Part shown: one piece after another, positions 63,827-64,000 of the stretch | How positions within the stretch are numbered: the stretch's first letter is position 1 | Layout of the letters: each line of letters starts with the position of its first letter | Source of the DNA: an uncultured Rhodospirillaceae bacterium | Lineage (GTDB): Bacteria; Pseudomonadota; Alphaproteobacteria; UBA2966 | Reading direction: 5' to 3' | DNA length: 64,000 nucleotides | NCBI GenBank assembly: GCA_964528595.1 | Contig: CAZGTM010000002.1 | Span: 31,646 to 95,645, forward strand | Program-made: the position numbers and the translations under genes | The notes under the pieces: generated by a model | What the model was told of the DNA's origin: nothing | Databases searched by the model: none | The model's input: the letters and a program-made list of their open reading frames with translations, nothing else

Positions 63827-64000
63827 ATGATCACTGAAGTTACCGAAAACCGTCTGCTGGTGATCTCGGATTTGCATCTGGGCAACCCGGTTTGCGACTC
63901 CAAGCGGGAAATCACCGAATTTCTGGATTACGCCGTCAAGACGGGTTCGAGCGTCTGTGTCAACGGAGACGGCTTGGATATCGTGCAAACCTCATTTTCC
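63827..64000 (+). CDS. Calcineurin-like metallophosphoesterase (LpxH/CpdA-like N-terminus). The 3' end is truncated by the window edge.
   Basis: MITEVTENRLLVISDLHLGNP ... VCVNGDGLDIV contains the D-x-H and G-D-x-x-D metal-binding motifs. A GGAGAA Shine-Dalgarno sequence lies upstream. The ORF is open to the window end and is not in the ORF track because no stop codon is reached. Confidence 0.55.
   Translation, partial: MITEVTENRLLVISDLHLGNPVCDSKREITEFLDYAVKTGSSVCVNGDGLDIVQTSFS

Overview
This is a GC-rich (~62%) window from a chromosomal backbone that reads as alphaproteobacterial (Rhodospirillales-like). The evidence is gene order plus lineage markers: LpxI, a PdhB carrying an N-terminal lipoyl domain, and GAAC-N7-GAAC SOS boxes. 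Almost every base is coding, nearly all of it housekeeping. In window order the genes are: ispDF (5' end cut by the window), pgpA-pncC, a CPBP protease, ratA-like, lipA, lpdA, pdhC/pdhB/pdhA, ftsB, a class-III aminotransferase, eno, kdsA, pyrG, secG, tpiA, a PpiD-like chaperone, trpE, trpGDC, moaC, moeA, lexA, comEC, gltX, gltA, gloA, lpxB, lpxI, lpxA, fabZ, lpxD, skp, bamA, rseP, dxr, cdsA, uppS, frr, pyrH, tsf, rpsB and dnaE. I found no rRNA, tRNA or CRISPR array. Several small accessory blocks appear to interrupt otherwise conserved gene runs. (1) A STAS-like ORF, a GST, a TauD-type dioxygenase and a DyP peroxidase sit between ispDF and pgpA. (2) An AT-rich island plus a frameshifted 5'-nucleotidase-like gene, a minimal class-III cyclase-homology protein, an atypical response regulator and a DUF1330 protein sit between pdhA and ftsB. 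(3) A copper module, copA-cueR-yibQ-like-copZ, sits between trpE and trpG. Its promoter carries a recognisable CueR-type operator, and it is bounded on the trpE side by a very long nested palindrome. (4) A gene for an HExxH periplasmic protein sits inside the lpx cluster. The most unusual single gene lies divergent from dnaE and encodes an FHA domain, a transmembrane segment, a coiled coil and a trypsin-like protease in one polypeptide. It is followed by a stand-alone cNMP-binding protein and a metallophosphoesterase whose 3' end is cut by the window. Regulatory sites visible in the sequence include tandem LexA boxes upstream of lexA, two perfect 16-bp palindromes in the ftsB promoter region, a bidirectional terminator between secG and pyrG, and a 15-nt tandem repeat that encodes an acidic tail on ribosomal protein S2. 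All coordinates derive from the supplied ORF track plus in-frame start refinement. Motif coordinates read by eye may be off by 1-2 nt.
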